DNA of 63,495 nucleotides, filler included, from Chiloscyllium plagiosum (GCF_004010195.1; 5 parts of one record of this genome joined end to end with filler, not necessarily neighbours in it), one strand, 5' to 3'. Positions 48,873 to 62,700 are shown, numbered from the whole stretch's first letter. The notes: generated by a model from the sequence alone, not told the origin. Made by a program: numbers and translations.

Positions 48873-48989
48873 NNNNNNNNNNNNNNNNNNNNNNNNNNNN
48901 NNNNNNNNNNNNNNNNTTAATTAATTAANNNNNNNNNNNNNNNNNNNNNNNNNNNNNNNNNNNNNNNNNNNNGGGGGGCACTGTCATGT

Positions 48990-50100
48990 ACAATTAAATG
49001 AAACATTTGGGATAGAAATGAAAGCAAACTAGAGGGATTTCTCAGGCTGTTGTTTTCAAATTAGCGTAGGAAGGGAAAAACGGACAGAACTACTGGATAA
49101 TAAGGTACAACTTTCACCCATCCCAATGACTCTAAGGTAGTACAAACTGTAGAGGTAAAGGACTTGAAACAGACCTTCAAACTAGAAACTGTATATGGGG
49201 ATGCAAATACCTGGGCTGAATGGGTAAAGTATATTGTAAAAAGGCCTGAACAAGAGCAATTGCTATGCACGTGCCTTCGGTAGGCCAGTGGCCCAGGTGG
49301 TTCCCTTTCCACTTGGGTGGAAGCAAGACAGGAAGGACATGAAATGTATGAGAGTCCTGTACCAGGATGATACTGCATGGAATGATAGGAATTGTACCTC
49401 CCTATCTCTGATGTTCCTTCTCTTGGAGAAGAAGGACTTAAAGCATCCCCCCCCCCCCCCCACACACACACACACACGTTTTCAGCCACAGGTGGAAATC
49501 ACACATCGTGTGTGTGTAAACGAGGTACAAATCAGTCTAGAGATTTGGGCGAGCCGAAATTAAGTACAGAGATTAAGAATGTCACCAAACCGGACAAGGG
49601 AGGGAACTACTCAGCACTAAATGTTCCTTGAGCAGATCTGTGGTGGTACTGTGGAGGAAAAATATTCAGACCCACCCTACCTCCGGACTGGAGAGGGAGA
49701 TGTGCAATTGTACCATTGGCAATTCCATTTACCCTGGCATTTGAGAAGGAAAGGATAGTAGAGAAAAATGAAAGGAGTAAGAGATCACTGTTAGACACTG
49801 CTTTCGATGGCAGGATTTATCTCGACTCTGTAGGAGTCCCTAGGAGGGATAACTGATGAGTTCAAAGCTCACAACCAGATTGCAGCAGGCTTTGAGTCAG
49901 CTCTCTTCTGGTGGGTAATGATTAATAAAAATGTAGATTGGATAAATTACATTTTCTATAATCAACAGTGATTTATAAATTATACAAGAGATGCGGTTAA
50001 AGGAATATGAACAGCATGATGCATCAAGTAGGATGGCATGGGAAAACAGAATGGCCCTTGATATGATTCTAGTGGAAAAAGGTTGTGTGATATTAGGAGG
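48990..50100 (+). pseudogene. env: Endogenous retrovirus env relic (fish-ERV/epsilon-like, gamma-type TM)
   Basis: YGDANTWAEWVKY, AQVVPFPLGW, ADLWWYCGGK, furin site RSKR (49773-49784), NQIAAGFESALFWW.INKNVDWINYIFYNQQ, immunosuppressive-like WENRMALDMILVEKG; frameshifts and stops. Confidence 0.9.
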
Positions 50101-50196
50101 AAGCCTTCCATTCCTGAAGAAGGGCTTATGCCCAAAACGTCGATTCTCCTGCTCCTTGGATGCCACCTAACCTGCTGCGCTTTTCCAGCAACACAT
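50101..50196 (+). mobile_element. Family-B PLE terminal fragment with a mutated hammerhead core
   Basis: attc-CTGAAGA-a-gggc(ttat)gccc-AAAAC-GTC-gatt (GAAA mutated to AAAA). Confidence 0.8.
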
Positions 50197-50199
50197 TTT

Positions 50200-50652
50200 T
50201 CAGCAATAGTTATAAGCATCTATTTCCCACTTCTGCAAAAACAAGAACAAACCACAATCAAGCTGTCATGAGGTCATAAGGTCATAACAAGTAAGGGAAA
50301 CAGATGGTAGTGAAGGAGGATATACCTAACAATGGCCCACTGCAGGATGTGGTCAAACGGCCTTGTGAGGCCAGAGTAAGCATTTTGCCGGATAAGGCAA
50401 GAGATGAACAAGAGTATTGGGGGCCGGTCTTAGAGAAGTAGGAGATGTAAACAGGGGAAGAACAATGGGAGTATTGAATAGGAACAATTTACATAAGTAT
50501 TGTGTACTAGTTGAATTCAGTGTGTGTGTGTGTCCCTGCCTTGTGGACAGTGGACACAACACCCCTCTTGCAAGAGCGTTATAAAGTATATTACAGATTC
50601 AGATCTTGTCTCGGACTGAAATTATTGAAGTGAGTAAGCTTCGTTTCTCACA
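50200..50652 (+). mobile_element. Possible ERV 3' LTR remnant
   Basis: Lies downstream of env and ends ...tttctcaCA after an ataaag-type signal; 5' boundary and polypurine tract not seen. Confidence 0.35.
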
Positions 50653-51068
50653 ATTATTAATCTTGTAAAATATCTCAATGTTACTGAAATCAATGCTCAA
50701 ACAAAACACTGCACATAAAGCCACACAAAGATCTTCATGACCGTCTAATTACTGTTCAGTGGAATAATCACAATAAAGATCTTTTTGTTCCTGAGATCAA
50801 ACACCATTATCACAATAAGGATCTGGTTATCATTCCCTCTAATAAATGCAATCATTGTCCCTCTGGTGTTTTAGTTCAGTAGTTATATGCCATACTCGTT
50901 GTTCAAATGATTCTTTATTATGAATAGCCAAGGGTTCTATCAGCAAGAGATGTTGTTCAATCTGATTTGTTGCATGTTCTCAAACCGGTTTTCACTATAA
51001 ACATTGCAAAAAATGTGTTTATTTGGTCTTGTTCAACTGCTGATGCTAACATTTTCAGTTCATGTTCT

Positions 51069-51282
51069 GGAGAAAGTGAGGAAAGCTGAAGCTGAAATCA
51101 GAGCCAAGAGTGTGGCATTGGAAAAGGGCAGGAACATCCAAAGAGCATGAGGACCGACATTTTTGGCATTAGGCCGTCATCAGAAAAGATTCCTGATGGA
51201 AGTGTTATGCCCAAAACGTCGATTCTGCTTCTCCTTGAATGCTACCTGACCTGCTGTGTTTTTCCAGCACCACGCTATTGAC
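51069..51282. mobile_element. Old palindromic family-B PLE-derived element
   Basis: ggagaaagtgagg terminus; two degenerate back-to-back hammerhead remnants at 51155-51215. Confidence 0.7.
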
Positions 51283-53284
51283 ATAAGAAATATTTGACTG
51301 AGTATTCAAATATAATACTAAACGTTGTCTCAGTCATTTTAATTTGCTGTGCTTTCTCTTCACTTATGTTCTCATGTTAATTGATCCTCTTTTTCTTCTT
51401 ACATCTGATACAAATCTCAAAATACAGAACACAATAAAATTCACATGAATTATAAATTTGCATTCTCGACAAGAAAACCAATGGAAGGCGATATATAATT
51501 CTTGAACAGCCTACACATTTGAATGAAAAAGCAATTCCTTCCAAAAAATGTTTGCACGTCTGTATCTTTCTTTCAAATCAATAATGCTGCAATAGTTTAT
51601 AATTGTCAGTTCATCTCTCTGAATGAGTACCTAACCAATGTCAATGTAAACAGCTGAAAAATTAACAATAGATTGATAATTGGGTGGGTGTTAAAGATCT
51701 TATTTGAAGTCAACAAATGTTTGTCATTTACTAGAATTCCACTAGGAAACATTCTTGAATCAAAATACAAGAAATGAGATATGTGAGAGATGTGCAAACC
51801 TTATTAACAAACTTCAATATTGTCAAAGCATTTCAACCTTACGGTCAAAATGGATAGGTGAATGGAAAAATAAAAACAATTTTCTTACAATTCATAAATT
51901 GAACAACAATTACAAATTCACTTTGGTCAAACGACAGAGTAATATTTCGACTAATCACAACATTTAATTACAAAGTTAGTAACCAGCTGACTGACAAGTA
52001 ATAGGTGGTAGCATTTGTTAGTTTACTGAAGAAGATATCAACTTTATTTCAAATTTATAGCACAAGGGAATAATGTTTAATGTGTTTCAATTGTTTGGAC
52101 TTGCCCCTTTGCAACAAAATAAAAGAGATCAAATCTCATTACTTAGACATCGTAATCTTTAATTCTGCAACATTTTCAAATATTCTCCAGGAATTTATAA
52201 GCAACAAAATTAGTTACAGGTATCCCCACTACCCGAAAGTAAAGCATTACTATGAAACCTTTCATGAACTGAAAATCCGTACATCGAAGAAGCATGAATT
52301 TATATGGGAAACATCTCCCCTTTTATCGTAAAAGTGAAAATCCTCTTCAGATTTCTTTCAGTTAGAGAAAATAGGGACAGATGTAAATCTTTTGTAAAAG
52401 CAAAGTGGCAAAACCGAACTTTCCAAAAGTGGGGGATACCTGTACACATAATTCTTGGTAATTTGACACAAGTCAGTATCAGATTTTGTGATTATTGATA
52501 TAAGAGATAAAAGCAGATCGAATGTTGTATTGAAAAGCAATTCAATCTGTGCTTAGGTACTCTCTAATCAACATTCAATGCAGCTCTTGATATATTTCTG
52601 TTGGAGGTGTGATTTGAAACCTTTCCTCGGGTCTAGTAATAGAGACACTACCACAACTACACAAGCTCCTTACATACTTTCCCCACTCACGACAGGCAGG
52701 ACTGTAATATTATGTTTAATGTGGTTACTCAAATGAAAACTAATCAGTTGTTTATTGTAGTAATTTGAATGGGAATTAATTTGGTACTTTCTGTGTGTAA
52801 TGGACTGGAAAATAAACAATATTTTACAATAACAATAGAATTGTGGTCTTGAATAAACAGGAATCTCATGACAGTTCTTTGAAAAACACATCGACAAAAC
52901 TGTGTGATCATTGTACTTTGATTTTAAAAATGCATCAGTCATTCAATGCGAATATTCAGCTGAAGACAATTTCCCTTCCTTTCAACAATGTACAACGTTC
53001 ACAAATTCAAAATGAACAGCCATTGTAAAAGAAGGAACAAGCAGATGTTAATTATATTTTCTGTACATAAACGTGTGATGAATTTTAAGTTTTATATAAA
53101 GGAAACTCTTATTGTGGTTTGAAATACAATAAATGTTAGCATGAAATGAAATATAATAAAATCAATTCAATTCAACTGTGTTCTCTCAGTTAAAATACAG
53201 TTCAATATTCAAAGTAATCGAGTGATTGTACACTGCAATATCTTTACATTAATTCAGTGCTGAAACATAATTCCACATTTATAC

Positions 53285-53935
53285 CCCTTATAGTGAAGCA
53301 AACTTGTGCCAGGAGTCAGAGGAGGTAGGGAAGGTCTTTAATGAGTACGTGGCTTCAGTGTTCACGAGTGGGAACTTGTCCTTATGAGGCTGATATGGTC
53401 GAACAGGTCGATGTTAAGGCGGAGAATGTGCTGATCATATTGAAAATCATGGGGATAGATAAGTCCCCTAGGCCAGAAAGGATATAACTAAGATTGTTAT
53501 GGGAAGTGAGGCAAGGGATTACTCTGTTTTGGCGATGATCTTGCATCCTCACTGTCCACTGGTGTCACACAAGATGATTGGAGGGTGGCAAATATTATTC
53601 CCTTATTCAAGTAAGGCAATTGACATAATCCTGGGAATAATCGACGAGTCAGTCTTACATCAGTTGTGAAGAAATTATTGGAGAGGATTCTGAGACACAG
53701 GATTTATGATTATATGGAAAAGCATAGATTGATTAGAGATGGTCAGCATGGCTTTGTTAGCGGCAGATTATGCCTCAAAAACCTTATTGAATTATTTGAG
53801 GATGTGACAAACACATTGGTGAGGACAGAGCAGTGGATGTAGTGTATGTGGATTTCAGCAAGGTGTTTGACAAGGTTCCCCATGGTAGGCGTATTCAGAA
53901 AGTAATGAGGCATGGGATACAGGGTTATCTTGATA
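53285..53935 (+). mobile_element. CR1 RT fragment
   Basis: DKSPRP, QHGFV, DVVYVDFSKVFDKVPHG remnants. Confidence 0.85.
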
Positions 53936-55977
53936 TGATTCAATGTTGAGACATTTGTGTCAGAGACTGCAAGGGGGTGAGTGAGAGAGAAAGAAATTTT
54001 AAAAAAGCAGAAAGGAAAGGAACTGGTGAGCAGAGGAGGTCCAAATGTAGTTTCCCACCCTGCCAGCATCGTATTGGGTTAGCTTGAACGCAGACACGTC
54101 AACCAACGGCCTGACACAGTCATATGCGCAGAGTCCCAGACTTGCAATGTCCCAGACACCACCATCACCATCCCTGTATGTCCTGCCCCACCAGCAGGAC
54201 ATGGATGTAACTGAAATGCTGGAACATGCAAGGCTATGGACTAATGTCTGCAGAATGTGATCAATGTGGTTTATTTGACATTTCCCCAGAATATTACACT
54301 CCAGTCCAATTTGAAAATTTATTAACATCATCAGACTTGAACTCCAAATGTCAGAAAAAACATCAGAAACGTACAGCACAGATCGCGGCCACTTGGCCCA
54401 TCCTGTATATGTTGCTTGTAATAGAACTACCCAGGCTTTACAACGTTCTGTACTCATCCATGAGAGCAACAATTTCAGACCGTGTACTCTGCCCTCTATG
54501 TTGTTATTATCTGTTTTTTCAATGTAAATTTTTGACAGCTGCACATTTTGTTTACTGGTATCGTTCCCAGCCCTAACTCCATTCCCCGTGGCCTTGAGGG
54601 ACTACCATTTCTGTTGTTTAATCTCTACTGCCTTCCCCCGTGTGACAGACTGTCTTTTTGTCCTTGTCTCACACCCACCATGCTCACAACCTGTTACATT
54701 TCTGATGGTTCCCAGACATCTCTAACCTTCACTGCACCCCCTGGGTCAGTGGCACGAGTTTTGAATTCTCTTCCTCCAGAGGTAATTGGAAATCTTTTTG
54801 GCTGCAGTTTCCCCCAGATTTGATTCTGAAAAACAGAGCATTTATGTAAGAGTCAAGTATTTGTGAGCCTTCATCCACAATTCCGAGCATTTGGATGTAA
54901 TCTGTGACCCGCCCACAGATGTGCAGCTTTACTGGATTGACCATGTTAATATGGCCTGTAGTGTGCAGGTTCGGCGGGTTGGGTTAGCCATGATAAATGT
55001 GGGGTTATGGGGGTAGGGTGGGAGAGCAGGTAATTGCAGACTCGATGGGCCAAATAGCCTCTTTCTGCACCTATGGGATTCTATGATTCTAACTAGTTGT
55101 GATTGTCATCACATTTTCCTCATGCCAGGTTCATTCAACTCAGATACACATGCTGCCTTGATGTTTCTGTGCGTGCTCACTCACTCCTTTCCTTCAGTTT
55201 TACAGCAATTTCACACTGTATGCGAGGGTGGGAATGGATTTGAAATTACAAATACTCCAACCGAAACCGCTCACAGGTTACATTTCTGCTGCTGGTGGTG
55301 CTCACAGGGAACAGGAAAATAAGATTCAGTCATACATCTTACAAGGACACAAAGGTTACAATCACCAGGAAAGGCTAAACAGCTTAAAACTCTTTTCTCA
55401 ATAAAAGAGGGAGGCTGATAGACAACCTGGTACAAGCAGGAAACTTTGTGCCCATGTTTTCAGAGAGTTGAGGTTGAAATCATTGGGTTGGAAGCATGTT
55501 TCATTTCCCCAGTATATCAAAGGTGCTATCTAAATGTGAGTATTTATTTATGTCTATCTGTCTGTGTTAACAATCAGATGGACAGGTCAGTGTCTGAGTG
55601 TTTTCCCAAATCCCTGATTGTGGGGGGAGGCAGATTCAATCTCAGGTGCCTCACCACTCACTGGGTCACGGAGAAACTCTGCCGTTACAATGAGATCATC
55701 CTTTGCTGTCGTCTCTCCTCGTGCTTCTGCCTAATCCCCACTTCCCTTCATTAAATCCCAACTGCCCCTCGTCCACGCACATGGGCATGTTGAAGAGCAT
55801 GAACGGAGATTGGATTGAAACCGAGAGTTCAATAGCCAGAATGAAAGAGGAAGGATGAAATAAACCGGGTTTGTGGTTCCTAGGGGATACAGACTGCAGG
55901 CTGAGTCCTTTGTGGACATTCCCGAAGGAATATGAGACAGCATTCCATGATGAGAGTTAAACCTGGGTGGCAGGAGG

Positions 55978-56151
55978 TAAAAACAATGACTGCAGATGCT
56001 GGAAAACAAATTCTGGATTAGTGGTGCTGGAAGAGCACAGCAGTTCAGGCAGCATCCGAGGACAGGCAAAATCCGACCTGTCCTCGGATTTTGTCTGTCC
56101 TCGGATGCTGTCTGAACTGCTGTGCTCTCCCAGAACCACTAATCCAGAACC
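55978..56151. mobile_element. Palindromic family-B-variant PLE-derived element
   Basis: ttctggattagtgg...ccactaatccagaa arms; 13-bp TSD GGGTGGCAGGAGG at 55965-55977 and 56152-56164. Confidence 0.88.
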
Positions 56152-57070
56152 GGGTGGCAGGAGGGGCAGCCACTGGCATGAGCAGGTTGAGTTCAAACAC
56201 AGGAGGTTTGTTCAGTCAGTAACAGTGTGTTGGACATGGATGTGAAGTGAGCAGTGAGGGGAAATGTTACCACAAGCTGCAGATGGATAACTTCCATTGG
56301 AACAGGAGGTGGCCATTCAGCCCCTTAACGCTGCTCTGCCATTCAATATGATCACGGCTGATTTGTGGCCTAACTTGCAATTTTCAAAACTCTCCAAACT
56401 CATCAATAAACTCCTCTGCAACAGACAAGATCAATATCGAAAAATCAACCATCTGCAAATGCTGGGAAATCAGAAACAAAAAACAGAAATTACTGGAAAT
56501 ATTCAGCAGATCTGGCAGCATCTGTGGAGAGTGAACTTTTCGGGACCAGTGACCGGTCAGATGCCCAGCTGCAGCTGACCATTCTGCCTTTTCTGTAACA
56601 CTCTCTGGATCAGGTTCTGGTGCGAGGGGAATGAGATTGTCAATAACAACTGAGAGAAACAGGAGGACGTGCTCAATCAGAATAAAACACATTTTGGTCT
56701 TTCACTTTTAATTCAACTGCAAACATTATTCATTATTATTTCTGAAATAATAGGCCAGAAATCAACNNNNNNNNNNNNNNNNNNNNNNNNNNNNNNNNNN
56801 NNNNNNNNNNTTAATTAATTAANNNNNNNNNNNNNNNNNNNNNNNNNNNNNNNNNNNNNNNNNNNNGATGATCACTTACCCGAATAGAAATGAGCTGTAG
56901 GAATACGGGAAACAGGCAGAGGAAGGAAGCTATCTTTACTTTTGTTCTTCTCTCACAGGATGTATGCAGTCCTGGTCAGGGCAGCATGTTATGCCGATCT
57001 TGAACTGAGTGGCTGGTTCAGTTGTTCCACAGAATAGTAAAGAGTAAAACACATTGCTGGTGGTTTGTAG

Positions 57071-57770
57071 TGTTCCAACACAGGATATATTCTCCTGCTT
57101 GATTAAAATCAGCAACAGAGAAAAGATTTATCCCATGCAGTAATATGTGATCATTCTAGAGTCCAAATTCTAGAGTAAAACTTACCAACTATATTTCTTA
57201 AAGTATAACGGAGAATAATAAAAGAACGACTATTTACAACCTCTTCCTCTAACCTGTCTTTGATCTTCCCCCTCCACAATACTAGTCCGATAAGACTGCT
57301 AATTAAGATGTGCAAAACAAAATTTCTAATCTTAAAACCAGGAAGCTTTCGGTTGTTTTCCATTTTCCTGTCTTCGTTTCTTCTTGGGGATTCTGCTTCA
57401 CCAGTTACTAATCAATAAAAGTACTTTTAAGAGAGCTTTTTTTTCAGGCAGTCTTTGCATGCTGGTAGCTTGGCAGTTCTCCTCTCAACTGTTCAATTTT
57501 CCACTGTCTTTTCTATCCAAACCATTGGATTTTGTCATTGGCCTTTAAGATAGTCAATATACTAAATTCAAACTTGATTGGAGATGGGTATTTTGGGGTA
57601 TAATTTAAATTGTTTTACTGAATTTGTTTTTGTTTCGAGACAATGAGCTAATTGATTTGTTCAACCAAAGGTTACATTATATCTCTTTTTCCGAACACTT
57701 GGTGCTGTCAGGCAGTTATTGCTGGCTTTTAATTCTCTTAAAGGTACAGTACACCCTCATGTTCATCACA
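57071..57770 (-). mobile_element. Older solo LTR related to 3576-4356
   Basis: TG...CA ends. Terminal aaggtacagtacaccctcatgttcatcaca resembles aaggtatagtgcacaccttcaacttcataaca, and the left ends also align loosely. TSD is degenerate. Confidence 0.6.
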
Positions 57771-58395
57771 GACGTCACATGGAAACCTGACGAGGGACGC
57801 ATGACCCATTGATTTCCCTAAAGGACTTGATGCAAACGGATTGGTTTTTATAACAAATGATAATGGCTGCTTTTAAACTCCCCAATTTCCTTCATGAGGT
57901 ATCAATAGATCATTATTCTGTGGCTATACATTCTGAGTCAATAACTTGACCACCATAGACTGTCTTCCCTTATGTGCAGAGAACAAGTTAAACATTCTCA
58001 ATAAAAATTATTCAGTGACGGACATGTGGTTAGAAGGAACTTGAAACTGTTGCATCCGGATTGAACAAAGGCATAAATGGTTTATTCAGATATTGCACTG
58101 AGACTGAGGACGAGACTGGGATATCATGATGGTGGTATTGGACAGGATTGGTGAGTTTAGAGGACATGGAAATGTAAATCTGTGAAGGACAAAATGCGTT
58201 ATGGAGTTTGAGAAGTTTCTGGTTCCTTCTCGCATATCAGTGAGTAATTTATAAATCGCAGTTTCATAGTTATAATATATAAGGAAATGAATTTTTGTTT
58301 GGAACTGAAGATATTGACTTGCACTTTCCAAAATGTACATATCATGAATAGAAATTCAGTTCAACCCGGTTTAGTAGACAGATATAATGACTTAC

Positions 58396-58929
58396 CGGGA
58401 ACACCAACTATCGCGAGGATGGAATAGGTAGTTACTATTGAACAATACAAAGGATACTCTGGATCCGATAAGCTAATGATATCCAAGGCTGAGAAAGCCA
58501 GGAAAGACCCAAGGACAAACTCCTGTCCATTGTTGGAACATTCCCGTCCAATGTTCTCAGATTCGGATCCATTGTTGGAACATTCCAGTCTAATGTTCTC
58601 AGATTCTCAACCATTGTTGGAACATTCCAGTCTAATGTTCTCAGATTCTGATCCATTGTTGGAACATTCCAGTCTAATACTCTCAGATTCTCGACCATTC
58701 TTGCAACATTCCAGTCTCATGTTCTCAGATTTTGATCCATTGTTGTAACATTCCAGTCTCATGCTCTTAGATTCTGATCCATTGTTGGAACATTCCAGTC
58801 GAATGTTTTCAGATTTTGATCCATTGTTGGAACATTCCAGTCTAATGTTTTCATATTCTGATGCATTGTTGGAACATTCCAGTCTAATGTTTTCGGATTC
58901 TGATCCATTGTTGGAATATTCCAATACAT
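58396..58929 (-). pseudogene. First coding exon of a GPR139/GPR142-like GPCR with repeat-built N-terminus, disrupted
   Basis: Ends YSILAIVGVP-G|GTAAGT (phase-1 donor at 58395-58394), matching the phase of the 15569 acceptor. The ATG-bearing frame stops at 58437-58432 and is shifted relative to GVP; further TGA codons at 58717-58719 and 58759-58761. Confidence 0.75.
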
Positions 58930-58988
58930 GGCCTCAGATTATGAACAATTATTATAACGTTCCCGTCTAATGTTCTCAGATTCTGATC
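58527..58988 (-). repeat. 42-bp tandem repeat, about 11 units, encoding MDQNLRTLDWNVPT
   Basis: Unit atggatcagaatctgagaacattagactggaatgttccaaca on the minus strand. Confidence 0.95.
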
Positions 58989-59082
58989 TCTCCTCCCCCT
59001 ATCGCTCGAGCTGCTGATCCCTGTTAGTGCTGGCAGTGATGTTCCTACTCAAACAATGGGATAACACATTGAATAGAACCCA

Positions 59083-59088
59083 TTTATA
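59083..59088 (-). promoter_or_regulatory. Candidate TATA box for the GPCR first exon
   Basis: TATAAA on the minus strand ~95 bp upstream of the repeat array. Confidence 0.35.
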
Positions 59089-59769
59089 TTTCAACGATGG
59101 AAACTCTCTACTACGGTAATTAGGAACCATGGAGATGGACATTAATCACATTCACTGAACAAGTAGCTCCATTTAAGCCTTTTGTGTTCAATATTGATTT
59201 TATTAAAATTCAAAAGAACGTTTAAAATTTACCCGTTTAGCTTGGGATATGTGGCTGTGGCTGCGAGAAGGAATATTGGAGATGGTAGATTGATTGCGTG
59301 TAATCATGTCAAAGGATTGTCAGAACATAAACAAGTTTCTCCGTTTATAATTGGAAACATACAGTCTGTAACTAATGATCAGTGATTATAATGTCAGTAA
59401 AATATGGAGAGAACTTTTCCATTCCAGAATCTGGCAGGCAAATGTGCCTACGACAACATGAGTTATAACAGACAAATGGCATGGATATGCTAACAGAGAA
59501 TATGTCGTGACACACAATTCAGATGGTTAGTGGAGAATCAGAGAGGGCAGGTGAAGGTCATGCTGTTTAAGTTGTCGATGTCAATCAACTGTTATTAAGT
59601 ACCATGCACTGGTTTTCAATTTCAGTGTGATTATGATATTGCGGACATGGCTGTAGAGACTGGAGGGAGGGAACATGATATTTCGCAGTCATCAGTATTG
59701 GGATGTTGCTCTTTATAAATCACAAGAACACCAAATTCCAGGATACATCTCCAATGAGGAATGAGGAGA

Positions 59770-62700
59770 GCCAATATTAATCATACGACCAGAAGAGATT
59801 GGAGCAGAAATTTGGCCTTTAAGCCCATTGAGTCTGCTGCGCCATTCAATTATGGTTGTTAAGCTTCTCAACCCCATTAGGTTCGTCTTTATCTGTGTTT
59901 GAAAAGGTCTTCTCTTTACTCTGTCCCTTCGGGTCCTAGTCTCCCCTAACATTGGAAATATCTTCCCAAAATCCACCCTGTCCAGGTCATTCAATATTCT
60001 GTAAGTTTCAATTAGACCTCCTAACATCTTTGTGAACTCAATCAAATATAGACCCAGAGCCCTCAGATATTCTTCATATGTTAAGCTTTTCATTCCTGGG
60101 ATCACTTTCGTGAATCTCATTGGAAACTTCTCCAGGGCCAGTACATCCTTCCTGAGACATGGGACCCAAAACTGTGCACAATAATTCAAATGTAGCCAGA
60201 CCAAAATCTTATAGAGCCTCAGAAGTACATCCCTGCATTTATATTCAAGCTCTCTTGAAATAAATGGAATCATTTTATTTGCCTTCCCAACTGGTGACAA
60301 CCTGCAGGTTTACCTTTCAAGATCCTTAGACTAGAACCCCCCCCCCACACACACACAGCCATACACACCACCCTCCCACACACCCCGTCTTCTGAACTTG
60401 CTCGCTATTTAGAAAAAAGTCCATGCCTTTATTTTTCGCAAACCGCATGACCTCACACTTGCCCACGTTATACTCCACCTGCCACTTCTTTGCCCACTCC
60501 CCTAACCTGTGCAAATCCTTCAGCAGGCGAAAGTGAGGACCGCAGATGCTGGAGAACAGAGTCACAAAATGTGGTGCCAGAAAAGCACAGTCAGTCAGGC
60601 AGACTCTGAGGAACAGGATAATCGACGATTCAATCATAAAGCCTTTATCAGGAATGAAGTGGGTGGGCGGAAAAGGGGTTAAGAGATGAATGGGAGGAGC
60701 TGGGAGGAAGGTAGCTTGGAAGGCGATGGCTAAATGAAGGTGAGTGGTGAGAGCGGAAGGTGGAGTGTATAGATGGGAAGGAAGATAGACAGGGAGGACA
60801 GTTCAACAGGCGGTGCTCAGTTGGAGGCTTAGCTCTGGGATAAGGTGGAGGGAGGGGAGATGAGGACACTGGTGACATTGCGCTGGATACCGTGTGGTTG
60901 AAGGGTCCCAAGGTGGAAGACTGTGCGCTCTTCCTCAGATGTATGGTGGCTACAATGTGGCAGTGGAGGAGACTAAGAACTTGCATGTCCTTGGAGGAGT
61001 GATAGGGGAGAAGTATTCAACCACAGGGAAGTGGGGTTGTTAGGTGGTGATGGGAAGTGTTCCCTGAACCATTCTGCAAGTTGACGTCCTATGTTCCCAG
61101 TGTAGAGGAGACCAGGAGCAATGGACAGAGTAGATGAGGTGTTTGGATGCACAGGACCTGATGTGGAAGGATCTTTTGGGCCCTTGGATGGAGGTGAGGA
61201 GGAAGTTGTTGGCACAGGTTTAATAACTCTTGCAATGGCAAGAGAAGGTGCCGGGAGTGGAAGGTGGCTTGTTAGGGCATGGGAGGGGGACACGTGAACC
61301 TAACGAGGGAGTCGTGAAGGGAATGGTCTCTGCAGAATTCTGATTGGGGTGGGGAGGGAAGTATACTGCCACTGTTGGTGGCAGAAATGGCGGAGGACGA
61401 TGCGTTGTATCCTGAGGTTGGTGGCCTGGAAGGCGAGCATCAGAGGCTTCCTAGAGGGTGCTCCTGCATCCTCCGCAGCCGAACCACCTATTCGATGCTA
61501 TCTATCCCTCTATTCGATCTTTGCACTGTTTGGAAACTTAGCCAGAATGCCCTCCGTTCCTTCATGTAGACCATTAATGCACAAAGCGAATTTTATGGTC
61601 CCAACACTGAGTCCTGAGGAATACCACTTGTCACTGGATGCCATCCTGAGAAGGACACTTTTATCCACACTCTCTGCTTTCCGTCAGACAGCCATGCTAG
61701 CACCTTGCCTGGAACACCAGGGGCCCTAAGCTTTCTCAATAGCCCCCTGCATGGCACCTTATCAAGGGAATTTAGAGAAGCAGGTGGATAAAATCTACTG
61801 TTTTTCCTTGGTCAAATCTGCTCGTTACTCCCTCAAAGTGTTCCAGCAGATTTGTCAGGCATGACCTCCCATTGATGCAACAATGCTGACTTTGCATTAT
61901 TTTACTAAATACTTGCAAGTATTCAGAAATCCCATCCTTCACGATGGATTCCAGGATGTTACCCACAACCAAGGTTAGGCTAATAATTAGTCTGTAATTT
62001 TAGGTTAGTCTGTAATTTTCCATCTTCTGCCAAATTCCCTTATTAAATGGAGAGTCACGTTAGCAATTTTACAGCCTTTCCTGATTTTAGTCTCTTCAGT
62101 TGTTGGGAAATTACTCGTGTCTTCCACCATGAACATTGATGCAAAGTTCCTCATTCTTTTCTTTGTTCTCCACTACCGTCTCTCCAGCATCATTTTCCAG
62201 TGGTCCATGTTCACTTTTGCGTCTCTTTTGCACTTTATATATCAAAAGATCCTCTTCCAGTCTCCTTTCTGTTACTGGTTAGCTTACTCCCATATCTAAT
62301 CTTCTATGTCCCTTTTATTTACCCTCTGTTAGTCTTTATACGTTTTCCAATTCTCCAGTTTCCCACTGCCCCTCACCACATTATACGCTTGCTGTTTTGC
62401 TTGTATGCAATCCCTGACTTCCCTCGTCAGCCCTGGCTGTCTCACCCTCCCTGTACCATGCCGCTATTCCTTGGCAAGAATCTCTGCTGTATCTCCTGAA
62501 TTAATCTTGGAATCTACTGCCATTGCTGTTCCCCTGTCTTTCATGCCTGACCTCTCTCCCAGTCAATTCTACCCAACTTCTCTCTTATGCCTCTGTAGTT
62601 GCCTTTATTCAGCTGAAATACTGTTACCTCTGATTCTATCTTCTCTCTCCCAAATTGCAGAATAAATTCAACCATGTTCTGATTATTGCTTCCGAAGTTT

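Noticed and set aside
46801..50100. A single element carrying both a G-like gene and a retroviral env
   Set aside because: The two are separated by an artificial spacer and a PLE hairpin; no evidence they are one unit.
51300..53280. AT-rich unique region with short ORFs
   Set aside because: No recognisable motifs, splice pattern or repeat structure that I can support.
57786..57800. CTGACGAG resembling a hammerhead core start
   Set aside because: No stem II or GAAA follows.
58607..58924. ORF with SESENIRLECSNNG repeats
   Set aside because: Alternative frame of the minisatellite; starts at a non-ATG codon and stops at 58607.
58527..58988. Regular repeat array resembling CRISPR
   Set aside because: Head-to-tail 42-bp units with no unique spacers, no cas genes, and a vertebrate context.
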